A DNA stretch of 59,212 bases from a bacterium (GTDB lineage: Bacteria; Actinomycetota; Acidimicrobiia; Acidimicrobiales; CATQHL01), in contig JAPOYM010000106.1 in NCBI GenBank assembly GCA_026706565.1, forward strand, positions 1 through 59,212. Reading direction: 5' to 3'. The notes beneath the pieces were generated by a model. It had not been told where the DNA came from. It worked only from the letters and a program-made list of their open reading frames with translations, and did no database searches. This document shows, one piece after another, positions 51,262 to 59,212 of this stretch; position 1 is the stretch's first letter; the number at the start of each line of letters is the position of its first letter. Made by a program: the position numbers and the translations under genes.

Positions 51262-52512
51262 TCACGCCGCCGGCCCGCTGTCGATCCCCGTGACCAGCAC
51301 CCGGGCGATGCGCCGCCGCTGCACCCGCTCCACCAAGAAGCGATGGCCGTTCACGTCGAGGCTCTCGCCCTCGGCGGGCACACGGCCCAACATGGTGAAA
51401 ATCAGGCCTCCCACGGTGCTCCAGCGCCCCGAGGGCAGCTCTGCCTGCAGGACCTCCGACAGGTCGCTCAACGGCACCCGGCCGCTCACCCGGAACGCCC
51501 CCTCCCCCACGTCCTCCACGAGCGCTTGCTCGACGTCGAACTCGTCGGTGATCTCGCCCACCATCTCTTCCAGCAGGTCCTCCAGGGTCACGAGGCCCGC
51601 CGTGCCTCCGAACTCGTCCACCAAGATCACGAGGTGCGACCGGCCGCCCTGCATCTCTCGCAGCAGTTCGGCGGTGCGTTTGGTGTCGGGCACGAAGCCG
51701 GTCTCGCGCATCACCTCGCCCACGGGCCTGTCGTCGCCCTCGTCGCGCACCGCGGCGATGAGGTCGCGCACGTGCGCTAGCCCCACGATGTCGTCGATCC
51801 CCTCGCCGTAGACGGGGATGCGGGTCAGGCCGTTGAACAGAGCCACCTCCAAGGCCTCCGACACGCTGAGGGTCGCCTCGATAGCCACCATGTCGGTCCT
51901 CGGCACCATGACCTCGCGCGCGATGGTGTCGCCGAAGGAGATGACGGACTCGATGAGACGATGCTCCTGCACCTCGATGCTCTCATCGGCGGCCGCCCAC
52001 TCGGCCACGGCCAAGAGCTCCTCCTCCGAGACCGCCTCCGGCTCGACGCGCTCGCTCTGGCCGAACCGCCCCGAGAGCCCCACGCCCATCAACAGCCGCA
52101 GCGGGGTGAACACCACCAGCACTCGCAGGATCGGGGCGACGAACCGGGCGACGCGCTCGGGCCTGCGCATGGCCACCGACTTCGCCCCGATGGCCGTGGC
52201 GAGGTAGAGCACGGCAAACTCGACGGCGAACGCCGCAGCGAGCGCGCCGGGCCCCCAGCGTCGCTGCGCCAGGAACGCCACCAGGGTGGCGACGCCCAGA
52301 TGGCAGGCCAGGACCAGCCCGGCCACGACGGCGAGCGTCTGCCGGCGCCTCCCCAAGAGCCAGCCGAGAGGGCTCGTACCGGTGGGCTCCTCCTCGATGA
52401 GCACCCGCGCCTGGCTCTGGCGCAGACGGGTGAGGCTCGTCTCCGCAGCCGACAGCACCACGGCGCAGAGGCTCAGGACCCCGACCGCCACGAGCGCTAG
52501 GACTTCGGTCAC
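51262..52512 (-). CDS. HlyC/CorC-family protein (DUF21 + CBS pair + CorC_HlyC)
   Basis: 416 aa. An N-terminal four-TM DUF21, VMVPRTDM, the CBS pair, and C-terminal GGLI....GR.P..GE. Confidence 0.9.
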   Translation of the reverse strand: MTEVLALVAVGVLSLCAVVLSAAETSLTRLRQSQARVLIEEEPTGTSPLGWLLGRRRQTLAVVAGLVLACHLGVATLVAFLAQRRWGPGALAAAFAVEFAVLYLATAIGAKSVAMRRPERVARFVAPILRVLVVFTPLRLLMGVGLSGRFGQSERVEPEAVSEEELLAVAEWAAADESIEVQEHRLIESVISFGDTIAREVMVPRTDMVAIEATLSVSEALEVALFNGLTRIPVYGEGIDDIVGLAHVRDLIAAVRDEGDDRPVGEVMRETGFVPDTKRTAELLREMQGGRSHLVILVDEFGGTAGLVTLEDLLEEMVGEITDEFDVEQALVEDVGEGAFRVSGRVPLSDLSEVLQAELPSGRWSTVGGLIFTMLGRVPAEGESLDVNGHRFLVERVQRRRIARVLVTGIDSGPAA

Positions 52513-52581
52513 GGCCCGCTCACGACCCGGCTCGGCCGCCCCGGAGCGGGCGGTCCTCCGAGAGCGGCGCCGGCAACCTGC

Positions 52582-53178
52582 TCACACCCGGTCGTGGCGG
52601 GCGAGCAGCGCCCTAGTGCGGCGTCGCATGCGTCGGGACTCGATGCGGCCCGCATGGTCGTGGCCCAGCAGATGCAGCACGCCGTGAACGACGAGCAGCG
52701 CCAGCTCGTCCTCCGGCGGGCGCCCGGCCGCGCGGGCCCCGCGGGCCGCCACCGACGGGCACACCACCACGTCGCCGACCAGCAGCGGAGGCCCCCCGCC
52801 GATTCGGCGGCCCGGCCGGCGCGACGGCGCCTCCACGGGGAAGGCCAGGACGTCGGTGGGACGAGGGCTGTCGAGCCAGCGCCCCGCCAGCTCGGAGATC
52901 ACAGCCTCGTCCACGAACCTCAGCCCCATCTCGGCGGGGCGGCGGACCCCCTCATCGTGGGCGGCGGCCGCGGCCAGGCGACCCCAGCGGTCGAGCTCCA
53001 GGACCATCGGCGGGCGGGCCTCGGAGGCGGCAGCGCGCTCGTCGGCCACGTCGACGGTCACCGGCCCGTGGCTGATCCGCCGCCGCGGCGCTGCGGGCGA
53101 CTCGGCGGCCCCGGAACCGTCGGCCGCCGGCCGCGGCCCGCTGCGGCTCAGTGGGCCCGCAGCCGCATCGTCGCTCAC
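52582..53178 (-). CDS. ybeY: Endoribonuclease YbeY
   Basis: HGVLHLLGHDH zinc motif. The GTG start overlaps the phoH TGA (GTGA). There is a low-complexity N-terminal extension. Confidence 0.88.
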   Translation of the reverse strand: MSDDAAAGPLSRSGPRPAADGSGAAESPAAPRRRISHGPVTVDVADERAAASEARPPMVLELDRWGRLAAAAAHDEGVRRPAEMGLRFVDEAVISELAGRWLDSPRPTDVLAFPVEAPSRRPGRRIGGGPPLLVGDVVVCPSVAARGARAAGRPPEDELALLVVHGVLHLLGHDHAGRIESRRMRRRTRALLARHDRV

Positions 53179-54173
53179 CGCGGCCGACTCCCGAGCGGCT
53201 CGTCGCCTGCCTCGCTGCTGGCCTTCTCGTAGGCGTTGACGATGTCGGCCACGATGGGATGGCGGACGACATCCCGGCTGGACAGGTGGACGAAGCGCAC
53301 TCCCTCGATCCCGCCCAGCAGAGTCTCGAGCCCGTCGAGCCCGCAGCGCCCGCCGGGCACGTCCACCTGCGTGACGTCGCCGGTGACGACGGCCCGAGAC
53401 TCGAACCCGATGCGGGTGAGGAACATCTTCATCTGCTCCGGGGTGGTGTTCTGCGCCTCGTCCAGGATGATGAAGCTGCGGTTCAGTGTGCGGCCGCGCA
53501 TGAACGCCAGCGGCGCCACCTCCACGACCTCCTGTTCCAGCAGCCGCTGCACACCGTTCAGGTCCAGCATGTCGTATAGGGCGTCGTACAGGGGCCTGAG
53601 GTACGGGTCCACCTTCGCGGCCACGTCGCCGGGCAGGAACCCGAGCCGCTCGCCTGCCTCGACCGCCGGGCGGGTAAGGATGATCCGCTCAACCTCCCGC
53701 GCCTGCAGAGCGGCGATGCCCGAGGCGACCGCCAGCCAGCTCTTGCCCGTGCCCGCGGGGCCGATGGCGAAGGTGACCACCGCAGAACGGATGGCGTCCA
53801 CATAGGTCTTCTGGCCCCGCGACCGGGGCCGCACGGCCGCGCCGCGGGCGTGGCGCAGCACCTCGTCGCTCAGGACTTCGCTGGGGCTCTCGTCCGCCGC
53901 TACCAAGTCGATCACGTGGACGATGGCCCGCGAGTCCACGGGGTGCCCCCCGCGGACCAGCGTGACGAGCTCCTCGAAGACTCGGGCCACGACCGCGGCC
54001 TCGGGACCGTTGAGGGTCACCTCGTTGCCGCGGACGTGGATGTCGGTCTGCGGGAACGCCGCCTCCAGCAGCCGCAGGTGGCGGTCCGCCGGGCCCAGCA
54101 GGCCAGCGAGGAGGTGGTTTCCGGGAACCGTGACCCGGGACCGGCTCACGGACTGCTCAGTCGCGGGCGTCAA
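53175..54173 (-). CDS. phoH: PhoH-family ATPase
   Basis: AIGPAGTGKSWLAVA Walker A, FIILDEAQN Walker B, GD.TQVD. Confidence 0.92.
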   Translation of the reverse strand: MTPATEQSVSRSRVTVPGNHLLAGLLGPADRHLRLLEAAFPQTDIHVRGNEVTLNGPEAAVVARVFEELVTLVRGGHPVDSRAIVHVIDLVAADESPSEVLSDEVLRHARGAAVRPRSRGQKTYVDAIRSAVVTFAIGPAGTGKSWLAVASGIAALQAREVERIILTRPAVEAGERLGFLPGDVAAKVDPYLRPLYDALYDMLDLNGVQRLLEQEVVEVAPLAFMRGRTLNRSFIILDEAQNTTPEQMKMFLTRIGFESRAVVTGDVTQVDVPGGRCGLDGLETLLGGIEGVRFVHLSSRDVVRHPIVADIVNAYEKASSEAGDEPLGSRPR

Positions 54174-54263
54174 CGCTGCAGACGGCTCGTGGCGAGGTTC
54201 CCGCGTGAGGAGCGGCGCGGACGCACGCTGATGCGCCGGCGGTGCGGAGGTGCAGCCAAGCGA

Positions 54264-54530
54264 CTAGCTCTCCTCCGGGGCCTCTTCCTCGCCGGAACTG
54301 CTCGACTGTGCAGGAATCGGATCGGGGTAGAGATGCTTGAGCGTTCCCGGCTCGACGCGGGACTGCTCGATGAACAGGTCGACGTCGCTCGCCTTGAAGC
54401 GGAACACGCGCCCGAACCGGTAAGCCGGAAGCTGGCCGATGTCGACGAAACGATAAATCGTCCTCGTCGTGAGGCCGAGGCGCCGCGCCGTGTCTTCTGT
54501 GCTGAGCCAATCGATTTCCGACTCTACCAT
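54264..54530 (-). CDS. Excisionase/MerR-like helix-turn-helix DNA-binding protein
   Basis: 88 aa from ATG 54530. WLSTEDTARRLGLTTRTIYRFVDIGQLPAYRFGRVFRFKASDVDLFIE is the HTH_17 pattern. The rest of ORF 54264..54779 is non-coding read-through. Confidence 0.7.
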   Translation of the reverse strand: MVESEIDWLSTEDTARRLGLTTRTIYRFVDIGQLPAYRFGRVFRFKASDVDLFIEQSRVEPGTLKHLYPDPIPAQSSSSGEEEAPEES

Positions 54531-54789
54531 TTCGTGATCCTCGCAATTCCCTGGGGTTCCGCCCTTCAGGCGGACCGAAGGCCAAACCACCGAGAACAGA
54601 GCGCCGGTACAGCTCGCACCGAGTGCCCGCCCCCTGTCCACAGGTGCCAGCGAGCAGATGCTAGCGCACCGAGCGGCGCCAAAGGCAAGGAACCGAATCC
54701 GACCCGTCATTCCGGCGAAGGCCGGAATCCAGGACTCGGCCACCCGACCGGCGGTGACCGTGGACTGCTCGGCACGCACCTAGCCGGGC

Positions 54790-55617
54790 CTACCGCTGCC
54801 GCCGCGGGGGCGGCGGGGACCGGTCGTGCGGGTCGGCGGACTCGCGGAGCAGGTCGCGGATCATGCGCAGTGCGATCACGATGAGCAGGCCGGCGAACAG
54901 CCCCGAGGAGACCGACGACGGGATCACACCCGCCAGCATCCCGCCGCCGAACGCCGACAGCATGCCCCCTGCCCCGATCACCAGCGCGCCCCGGAGGTCG
55001 ACGTTGTCGTTGCGCAGGTTGCGCAGCGTCCCGACGACGGCGGTGGGGAGCACCACCGAAAGTGAGGTCCCCTTGGCGGCCACGTCGCCCATCTCGAAGA
55101 GGATCACGAGCGCCGGAACGACGATCACGCCCCCTCCCACACCCATCAGACCGGCCACTAGGCCGACCAGCACGCCGCACCCCGCGAGCCCGAACGCCAC
55201 GGCCACGCTCAGCGACAGCTCGCCGGCGGCATCGGCAGTGCCGGCCAGCATGCGTCCCGCGGTCACCGCCAGCAGCACGACGAAGGCCACCTGCAGCGTG
55301 CGGATGCGCACACGGTCGAGCAGTTCCACCCCCGCCAGCACGCCCACTGCTGAGCCGGCGAAGATCAGCGCGCCGGCCACGGCGTCCACCGAGTCGTTGA
55401 GGGCGTAGGCGACGAGCCCGGCGGCGGCGAAGAGAGCGGAGGTGGCGAGCGAGGTGCCGTGCGCCACCCGCTGGCGGAAGCCCCCCAGCAGCATCAGACC
55501 GGGGGCGATGAAGATCCCCCCGCCGACGCCGAACAGCCCGGCTATGAATCCGGCGGCCACGCCGACTCCGAGCAGAACCCACCGCGGGCGGGCCCGCTCG
55601 CCGGTGGCCCCCTTCAC
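54790..55617 (-). CDS. TauE/SafE (TSUP) family anion permease
   Basis: 275 aa from GTG 55617 (GTGA overlap with the upstream stop). Two repeats of G.F.G..G.GGG....P.L.. (GLFGVGGGIFIAPGL and GLMGVGGGVIVVPAL). About eight TM helices. Confidence 0.85.
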   Translation of the reverse strand: MKGATGERARPRWVLLGVGVAAGFIAGLFGVGGGIFIAPGLMLLGGFRQRVAHGTSLATSALFAAAGLVAYALNDSVDAVAGALIFAGSAVGVLAGVELLDRVRIRTLQVAFVVLLAVTAGRMLAGTADAAGELSLSVAVAFGLAGCGVLVGLVAGLMGVGGGVIVVPALVILFEMGDVAAKGTSLSVVLPTAVVGTLRNLRNDNVDLRGALVIGAGGMLSAFGGGMLAGVIPSSVSSGLFAGLLIVIALRMIRDLLRESADPHDRSPPPPRRQR

Positions 55618-56522
55618 GCCCGCGGGCTCACATCCGCCGGATCGGTCCCCTTCGGCCGCTCCCGGCGGCCCGCGTACTCGAATCCGAAGCGGCCCTTGAT
55701 GCAGAGATGGCCGGAGGTCACCTCGTGGTCGTCCGGGGAGGTGACCCGGAAGATCACGTCGTCCTGGGTGTGCAGCTCCAGGTTGCAGCCCACCCCGCAG
55801 TACGGGCAGACCGTCGTGGTGACCGTCTGGGCCTCGGGGTCGAACCGGCCCGAGCGGCGGAGGTCGAACTCCCGGGTGAAGATCAGCGCGCCCGTGGGGC
55901 ACACGCCGATGCAGTTGCCGCAGTAGACGCAAGCCGATTCGGGGAGCTCCACGTCGTACTCGGTGGAGATGCGGGCGTCGAACCCCCGACCGGCCACGGC
56001 GATGGCGAAGGTGTGCTGCGCCTCGGCGCCGCAGGCGTCGACGCACTTGTAGCAGAGCACGCAGCGGTCGTAGTCCCGGACGTACAACTCGTCGTGGCGG
56101 CGCACCGGCTCGGAGACCCGCGCCCGGTCTGCGCCGTGGCGCTCGGGGTCGGCGCCGTACTGCTCGAGCCACTGGAGGATGTCCGCGTCGGCGCCGGATA
56201 GGTCCACCGAGGAGGCGAGCAGCTCCAGGACCATCCGGCGCGCCGCCTGCACCCGCTCGCTGTCGGTGCGGATGCTCATACCCGCCTCGACCCGGCGCGA
56301 GCAGGCAGGGACCAGCGTGCGGGCCCCGTCGAGCTCGACGACGCAGACCCGGCAGGCGTTCGCCGGAGTGATCGTCGGCGCCCAGCAGATCGTCGGCACC
56401 TCCACACCGGCGGCCCGGCAGAGGTCCAAGACGGTGCTGCCCTCGGGGGCCGCGTGCTCTGTGCCGTTCAGTTCCACGCTGATCTTGCGGCGGGGAGGCC
56501 CCACCGGCACGGGAGCGCTCAT
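55614..56522 (-). CDS. Fe-S protein homologous to the N-terminal part of NuoG / formate dehydrogenase alpha (2Fe-2S, 4Fe-4S ferredoxin and MopB-type 4Fe-4S domains only)
   Basis: 302 aa from ATG 56522 (ATGA overlap). ACRVCVVE (2Fe-2S), CVLCYKCVDAC and CVYCGNCIGVCPTGA (2x 4Fe-4S), CPYCGVGCNL...HLCIKGRFGFEY (MopB N-terminal cluster). The ORF then ends with no molybdopterin-binding catalytic domain. Confidence 0.8.
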   Translation of the reverse strand: MSAPVPVGPPRRKISVELNGTEHAAPEGSTVLDLCRAAGVEVPTICWAPTITPANACRVCVVELDGARTLVPACSRRVEAGMSIRTDSERVQAARRMVLELLASSVDLSGADADILQWLEQYGADPERHGADRARVSEPVRRHDELYVRDYDRCVLCYKCVDACGAEAQHTFAIAVAGRGFDARISTEYDVELPESACVYCGNCIGVCPTGALIFTREFDLRRSGRFDPEAQTVTTTVCPYCGVGCNLELHTQDDVIFRVTSPDDHEVTSGHLCIKGRFGFEYAGRRERPKGTDPADVSPRA

Positions 56523-58288
56523 CGGCCCGCGCCGGCGGCGGCCTTCGCTGTCAGGAGCCCCAACCGCAGCGCCGAAGTGACCGCCGAGGCCGCGGTGTGG
56601 CCCAGCCCGCAGATCGAGGCGTCCCCCATCACCTCCGCCAAGTCGTCCAGCAGACCGGCGTCGCCCGGCAGCGTCGAGCCGTTCCGCAGGCGGACGACAG
56701 CCTCGTTCTGGCGCACGGTCCCCACGCGGCACGGCACGCACTGCCCGCAGGACTCGTCGCGGAAGAAGGCCGTGATCCGCTCCACGATGTCGGCCATGTC
56801 CACCGAAGCGTCGAAGACCGTGACCGCGCCCGACCCGAGGGTGAGGCCGGCGGTGCGCACGTCCTCGAAGCTCAGCGGCACGTCGGCGGCCGCGGGCGGG
56901 ACGAACGCCCCGGCCGCGCCGCCGAGCAGCACGGCGCCGGGGGCCGCGCCGCAGAGCCCCAGCAGTTCGTCGAGGCGCGTGCCGAAGGGCACCTCGTAAG
57001 TGCCGGGGCGCTCGACGCACCCCGCCACCGAGAAGAGCTTGGTGCCGGGGCTCTCGGCGGTGCCCACTCGGCGGAACGCCGCCGCCCCCCGGTCGAGGAT
57101 CACCGGCACGTTGTACAGGGTCTCGACGTTGTTCACCACGGTGGGCCGGCCGAACAGTCCCGCCTCTGTGGGGAAGGGCGGCTTGGAGCGCGGCTCGCCG
57201 CGGAAACCCTCCAGGGAGTTGAACAGGGCGGTCTCCTCGCCGCAGATGTACGCCCCCGCCCCCCGGCGAACCTCCATGTCGAAACTCAGGCCGCTGCCCG
57301 CCACATCGGCACCGAGGAGCCCGCGGCGGCGGGCCTGCTGAACGGCGTGGGCCACCCGCTCCTCGGCTTCGGGGTACTCGCCCCGGATGTACACATAGCC
57401 CTTGGCGGCGCCGACGGTCAGCGCGGCGATGGTCATCGACTCGACGAGGGCGTAGGGGTCGCCTTCCAGCAGCACCCGGTCCTTGAAGGTGCCCGGCTCG
57501 GACTCGTCCGCGTTGCACACGACGTAACGCTCCGGGCGCGGCGTGGACGCCACGGCGCGCCACTTCACCCCGGTCGGGAACGCCGCTCCTCCCCTGCCCC
57601 GCAGCCCCGAGTCGGCCACCTCTCGAAGCACCGCCTCGGGCCCCATGGCCAGAGCAGCGCGCAGCGCCCGATAGCCGCCGCGCGCCCGGTAGTCCTCCAG
57701 GCTGGCGGGGTCGACGAGGCCGATGCGCTCCGTCAGCCAACTGGGGCCCGACGCGACGACGCGGGCGCCGTCGGGCCGGCCGGCGCCGCCCTCCACGGCT
57801 GCCGCGACCGGCGCTGTGGCGCACCAGCGAGCCTGATCCTCGCCCGAGCGCTGCACGAACAGGGCGGGCGCCCGGTCGCACTGGCCTAGGCAGGGGCTGG
57901 GGTGGACGCCGACCGACTCGCCGCCCCGATGACCGTTGTGACCTCGGGGCTCGCGGAACTCGGGGCTGACGCGGCAGGCGATGTCGTCACAGACGTGTAC
58001 CGCGGTGCCCGGACCCTCCTCGGTGCGCAGCAGCGCGTAGAACGTGGCGACGCCGAACGCCTCGGCGCGGGGCACCTCGAGGCGCGCGCACAACTCGGCC
58101 AGCGCCTCGGGGCTGATCCAGCCGACCCCGTCCTGCAGGGCGTGCAAGGCGGGCAGCAGCAGGTGGCGACGGTCTGGGCCGCGCCGGATCACCCGGGTGT
58201 CGAGGGCATCGCTGCGAGGCCCGACGGCCTCGTCGAGGACTCGCGCCTCCGCCGCGGTCGGCGCGGCGGCCGGCGGTCTCGACTCCAT
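56519..58288 (-). CDS. NuoE-NuoF fusion (HoxF / FdsGB-like NAD(H)-binding flavoprotein subunit)
   Basis: 589 aa. The N-terminus is a thioredoxin-like 2Fe-2S domain (LLPALHALQDGVGWIS, VHVCDDIACR). The NuoF part has GLRGRGGAAFPTGVKW, YVVCNADESEPGTFKDR and ESCGQCVPCRVGT. Confidence 0.9.
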   Translation of the reverse strand: MESRPPAAAPTAAEARVLDEAVGPRSDALDTRVIRRGPDRRHLLLPALHALQDGVGWISPEALAELCARLEVPRAEAFGVATFYALLRTEEGPGTAVHVCDDIACRVSPEFREPRGHNGHRGGESVGVHPSPCLGQCDRAPALFVQRSGEDQARWCATAPVAAAVEGGAGRPDGARVVASGPSWLTERIGLVDPASLEDYRARGGYRALRAALAMGPEAVLREVADSGLRGRGGAAFPTGVKWRAVASTPRPERYVVCNADESEPGTFKDRVLLEGDPYALVESMTIAALTVGAAKGYVYIRGEYPEAEERVAHAVQQARRRGLLGADVAGSGLSFDMEVRRGAGAYICGEETALFNSLEGFRGEPRSKPPFPTEAGLFGRPTVVNNVETLYNVPVILDRGAAAFRRVGTAESPGTKLFSVAGCVERPGTYEVPFGTRLDELLGLCGAAPGAVLLGGAAGAFVPPAAADVPLSFEDVRTAGLTLGSGAVTVFDASVDMADIVERITAFFRDESCGQCVPCRVGTVRQNEAVVRLRNGSTLPGDAGLLDDLAEVMGDASICGLGHTAASAVTSALRLGLLTAKAAAGAGR

Positions 58289-58361
58289 AGCCTCAGCCTA
58301 GGTGCGCGTCCCGCCGCCGCAGGGTCGCCTGGGCCGCCCGACGGGAGCGCCGCCCGATCCC

Positions 58362-59212
58362 CTAACCGCCATTGGACGGCCAGTGCCGCTCGTAGCGGGT
58401 CACCAGCCAGCGGTTGAACTGCGCCAGGGTCTCCTCCTGCCAGGAGTAGCGGCCGCGCGGCGCGAACACCGAGTTCAAGCCCTTCTGCACCATGCGGTCG
58501 GCGTAGACGTCCTGCACGTTGAAGTTGTCCACCCCCTGCTCGGCCTGCTCGAACAGGTACTCGAACATGGGGTCCGCCAGCGCCGAGGCCTCGAAGCAGT
58601 AGCCGATGTGGATGGTGATCTCGCCCGGCCCGTCCGGGCTGATGATGAAGTAGGCGATCTCGTCCGGCACGATCGCCAGCGACAGCGTCGGCGGGATCAG
58701 CACGAACGAGCCGCGCCTGCGCTGCGCCTCGGTGAGGTTCGGGAACACGGGCAGGATGCACTTCTTGGTGGGGTTGAAGGAGCCGTCGATGTCAGTGAAG
58801 TGCTGGATGCGACCGATGGCCCCGTCGTCGGGGTCCCACGGCAGGTAGTCGTTGAGGTGGCTCGGGGCGAACGTCTGGAGCGGCCCGTGCAGCCGGCTGG
58901 CGTGGTACGGGTCGTTGAAGTTCTCCATCATGACCTTCCAGTTCCACGGCAGGTCCGGCAGCGTCTTGCCCTCGCGGGTCACGGTGTCGGGAAGGCCGAA
59001 GTTCTCCAGGATGTCGTCGATCTTCCCCAGGGTGGGCCCCAGCGGCTGCGCCTCGGCGTCGAAGTTGCAGAACACGAACCCCTGCCACAGCTCGGTGCGC
59101 AGGCGCGGCAAGCCGTAGTCGGCCTTGTCGAAACTGACGGCGCGCTCCATCGCCGGGGCGCCCAGCAGCGCCCCGTCCAGACCGTAGGACCAGTGGTGGT
59201 AGGGGCAGGTGA
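58362..59212 (-). CDS. Rieske non-heme iron oxygenase alpha subunit (partial; N-terminus beyond the right edge)
   Basis: The frame stays open to the window end. The last codons read TCPYHHWSYGLDG (second half of the Rieske CxH...CPYHxW motif). The catalytic domain has NWKVMMENFNDPYHASRLHG (the 2-His part of the iron site). Confidence 0.85.
   Translation of the reverse strand, partial: TCPYHHWSYGLDGALLGAPAMERAVSFDKADYGLPRLRTELWQGFVFCNFDAEAQPLGPTLGKIDDILENFGLPDTVTREGKTLPDLPWNWKVMMENFNDPYHASRLHGPLQTFAPSHLNDYLPWDPDDGAIGRIQHFTDIDGSFNPTKKCILPVFPNLTEAQRRRGSFVLIPPTLSLAIVPDEIAYFIISPDGPGEITIHIGYCFEASALADPMFEYLFEQAEQGVDNFNVQDVYADRMVQKGLNSVFAPRGRYSWQEETLAQFNRWLVTRYERHWPSNGG

Noticed and set aside
54709-54728. 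Perfect hairpin attccggc-gaag-gccggaat within gtcattccggcgaaggccggaatccagg. It resembles a widespread short palindromic repeat that often yields spurious 'IPAFAGMT' peptides.
   Set aside because: Only one copy lies in the window, so no repeat family, mobile element or terminator function can be supported here. It would need a genome-wide count.

Overview
Very GC-rich bacterial chromosome segment with gene order typical of Actinobacteria. All calls come from reading the sequence and ORF translations by eye; nothing was searched or computed. Genes overlap by 4-8 nt at most junctions, and almost all are on the minus strand.

Content, left to right:
- (1) 1-12.9 kb: a complete division/cell-wall (dcw) cluster: mraZ-rsmH-ftsL-ftsI-murE-mraY-murD-ftsW-murG-murC-murB-ftsQ. 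ftsQ runs off the left edge. murF is missing and murB is present.
- (2) 13.2-16.4 kb: a tandem pair of uncharacterised multi-pass membrane-protein paralogs sharing a 726-bp identical core.
- (3) An LplA-like gene and an HNH gene, then a moxR-DUF58-transglutaminase triad, a DUF3040 gene, and mtrA-mtrB plus a short LpqB-like lipoprotein.
- (4) Central metabolism: pfkA, an aminotransferase, a ROK glucokinase, an SRPBCC protein and a PimB-like GT4.
- (5) 31.3-36.7 kb: an apparent accessory patch. It holds a 1159-codon squalene monooxygenase + oxidosqualene cyclase fusion, a BrxC/DUF499-like gene fragment, a HEPN (UPF0332-like) gene with a non-MNT upstream partner behind an AT-rich promoter, and a possible NYN-tail remnant.
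- (6) An ADP-ribosylglycohydrolase, trpD, a glycerol-kinase-like gene, RNase P RNA, a COG1579 zinc-ribbon protein, three tRNAs (Val, Met, Asn) and an IMPase.
- (7) A run of conserved housekeeping genes: sigma-dnaG, glyQS, recO, uppS, era, corC-like, ybeY, phoH.
- (8) Right edge: a Rieske oxygenase (partial), a NuoE/F fusion, a NuoG-N-terminal-like Fe-S protein and a TauE/TSUP permease, apparently in one operon.

Most interesting observations: the sterol-type fusion enzyme; the membrane paralogs with mosaic identity and AT-rich rare-codon patches; duplicated ATGA gene junctions that create relay mini-ORFs at two places in the dcw cluster; a periodic TGGGN array upstream of mraZ; a 22-nt inverted repeat in the mraZ-rsmH spacer; and the HEPN pair.

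Many long Arg/Ala/Gly-rich ORFs in the track are antisense or off-frame shadows and were rejected.
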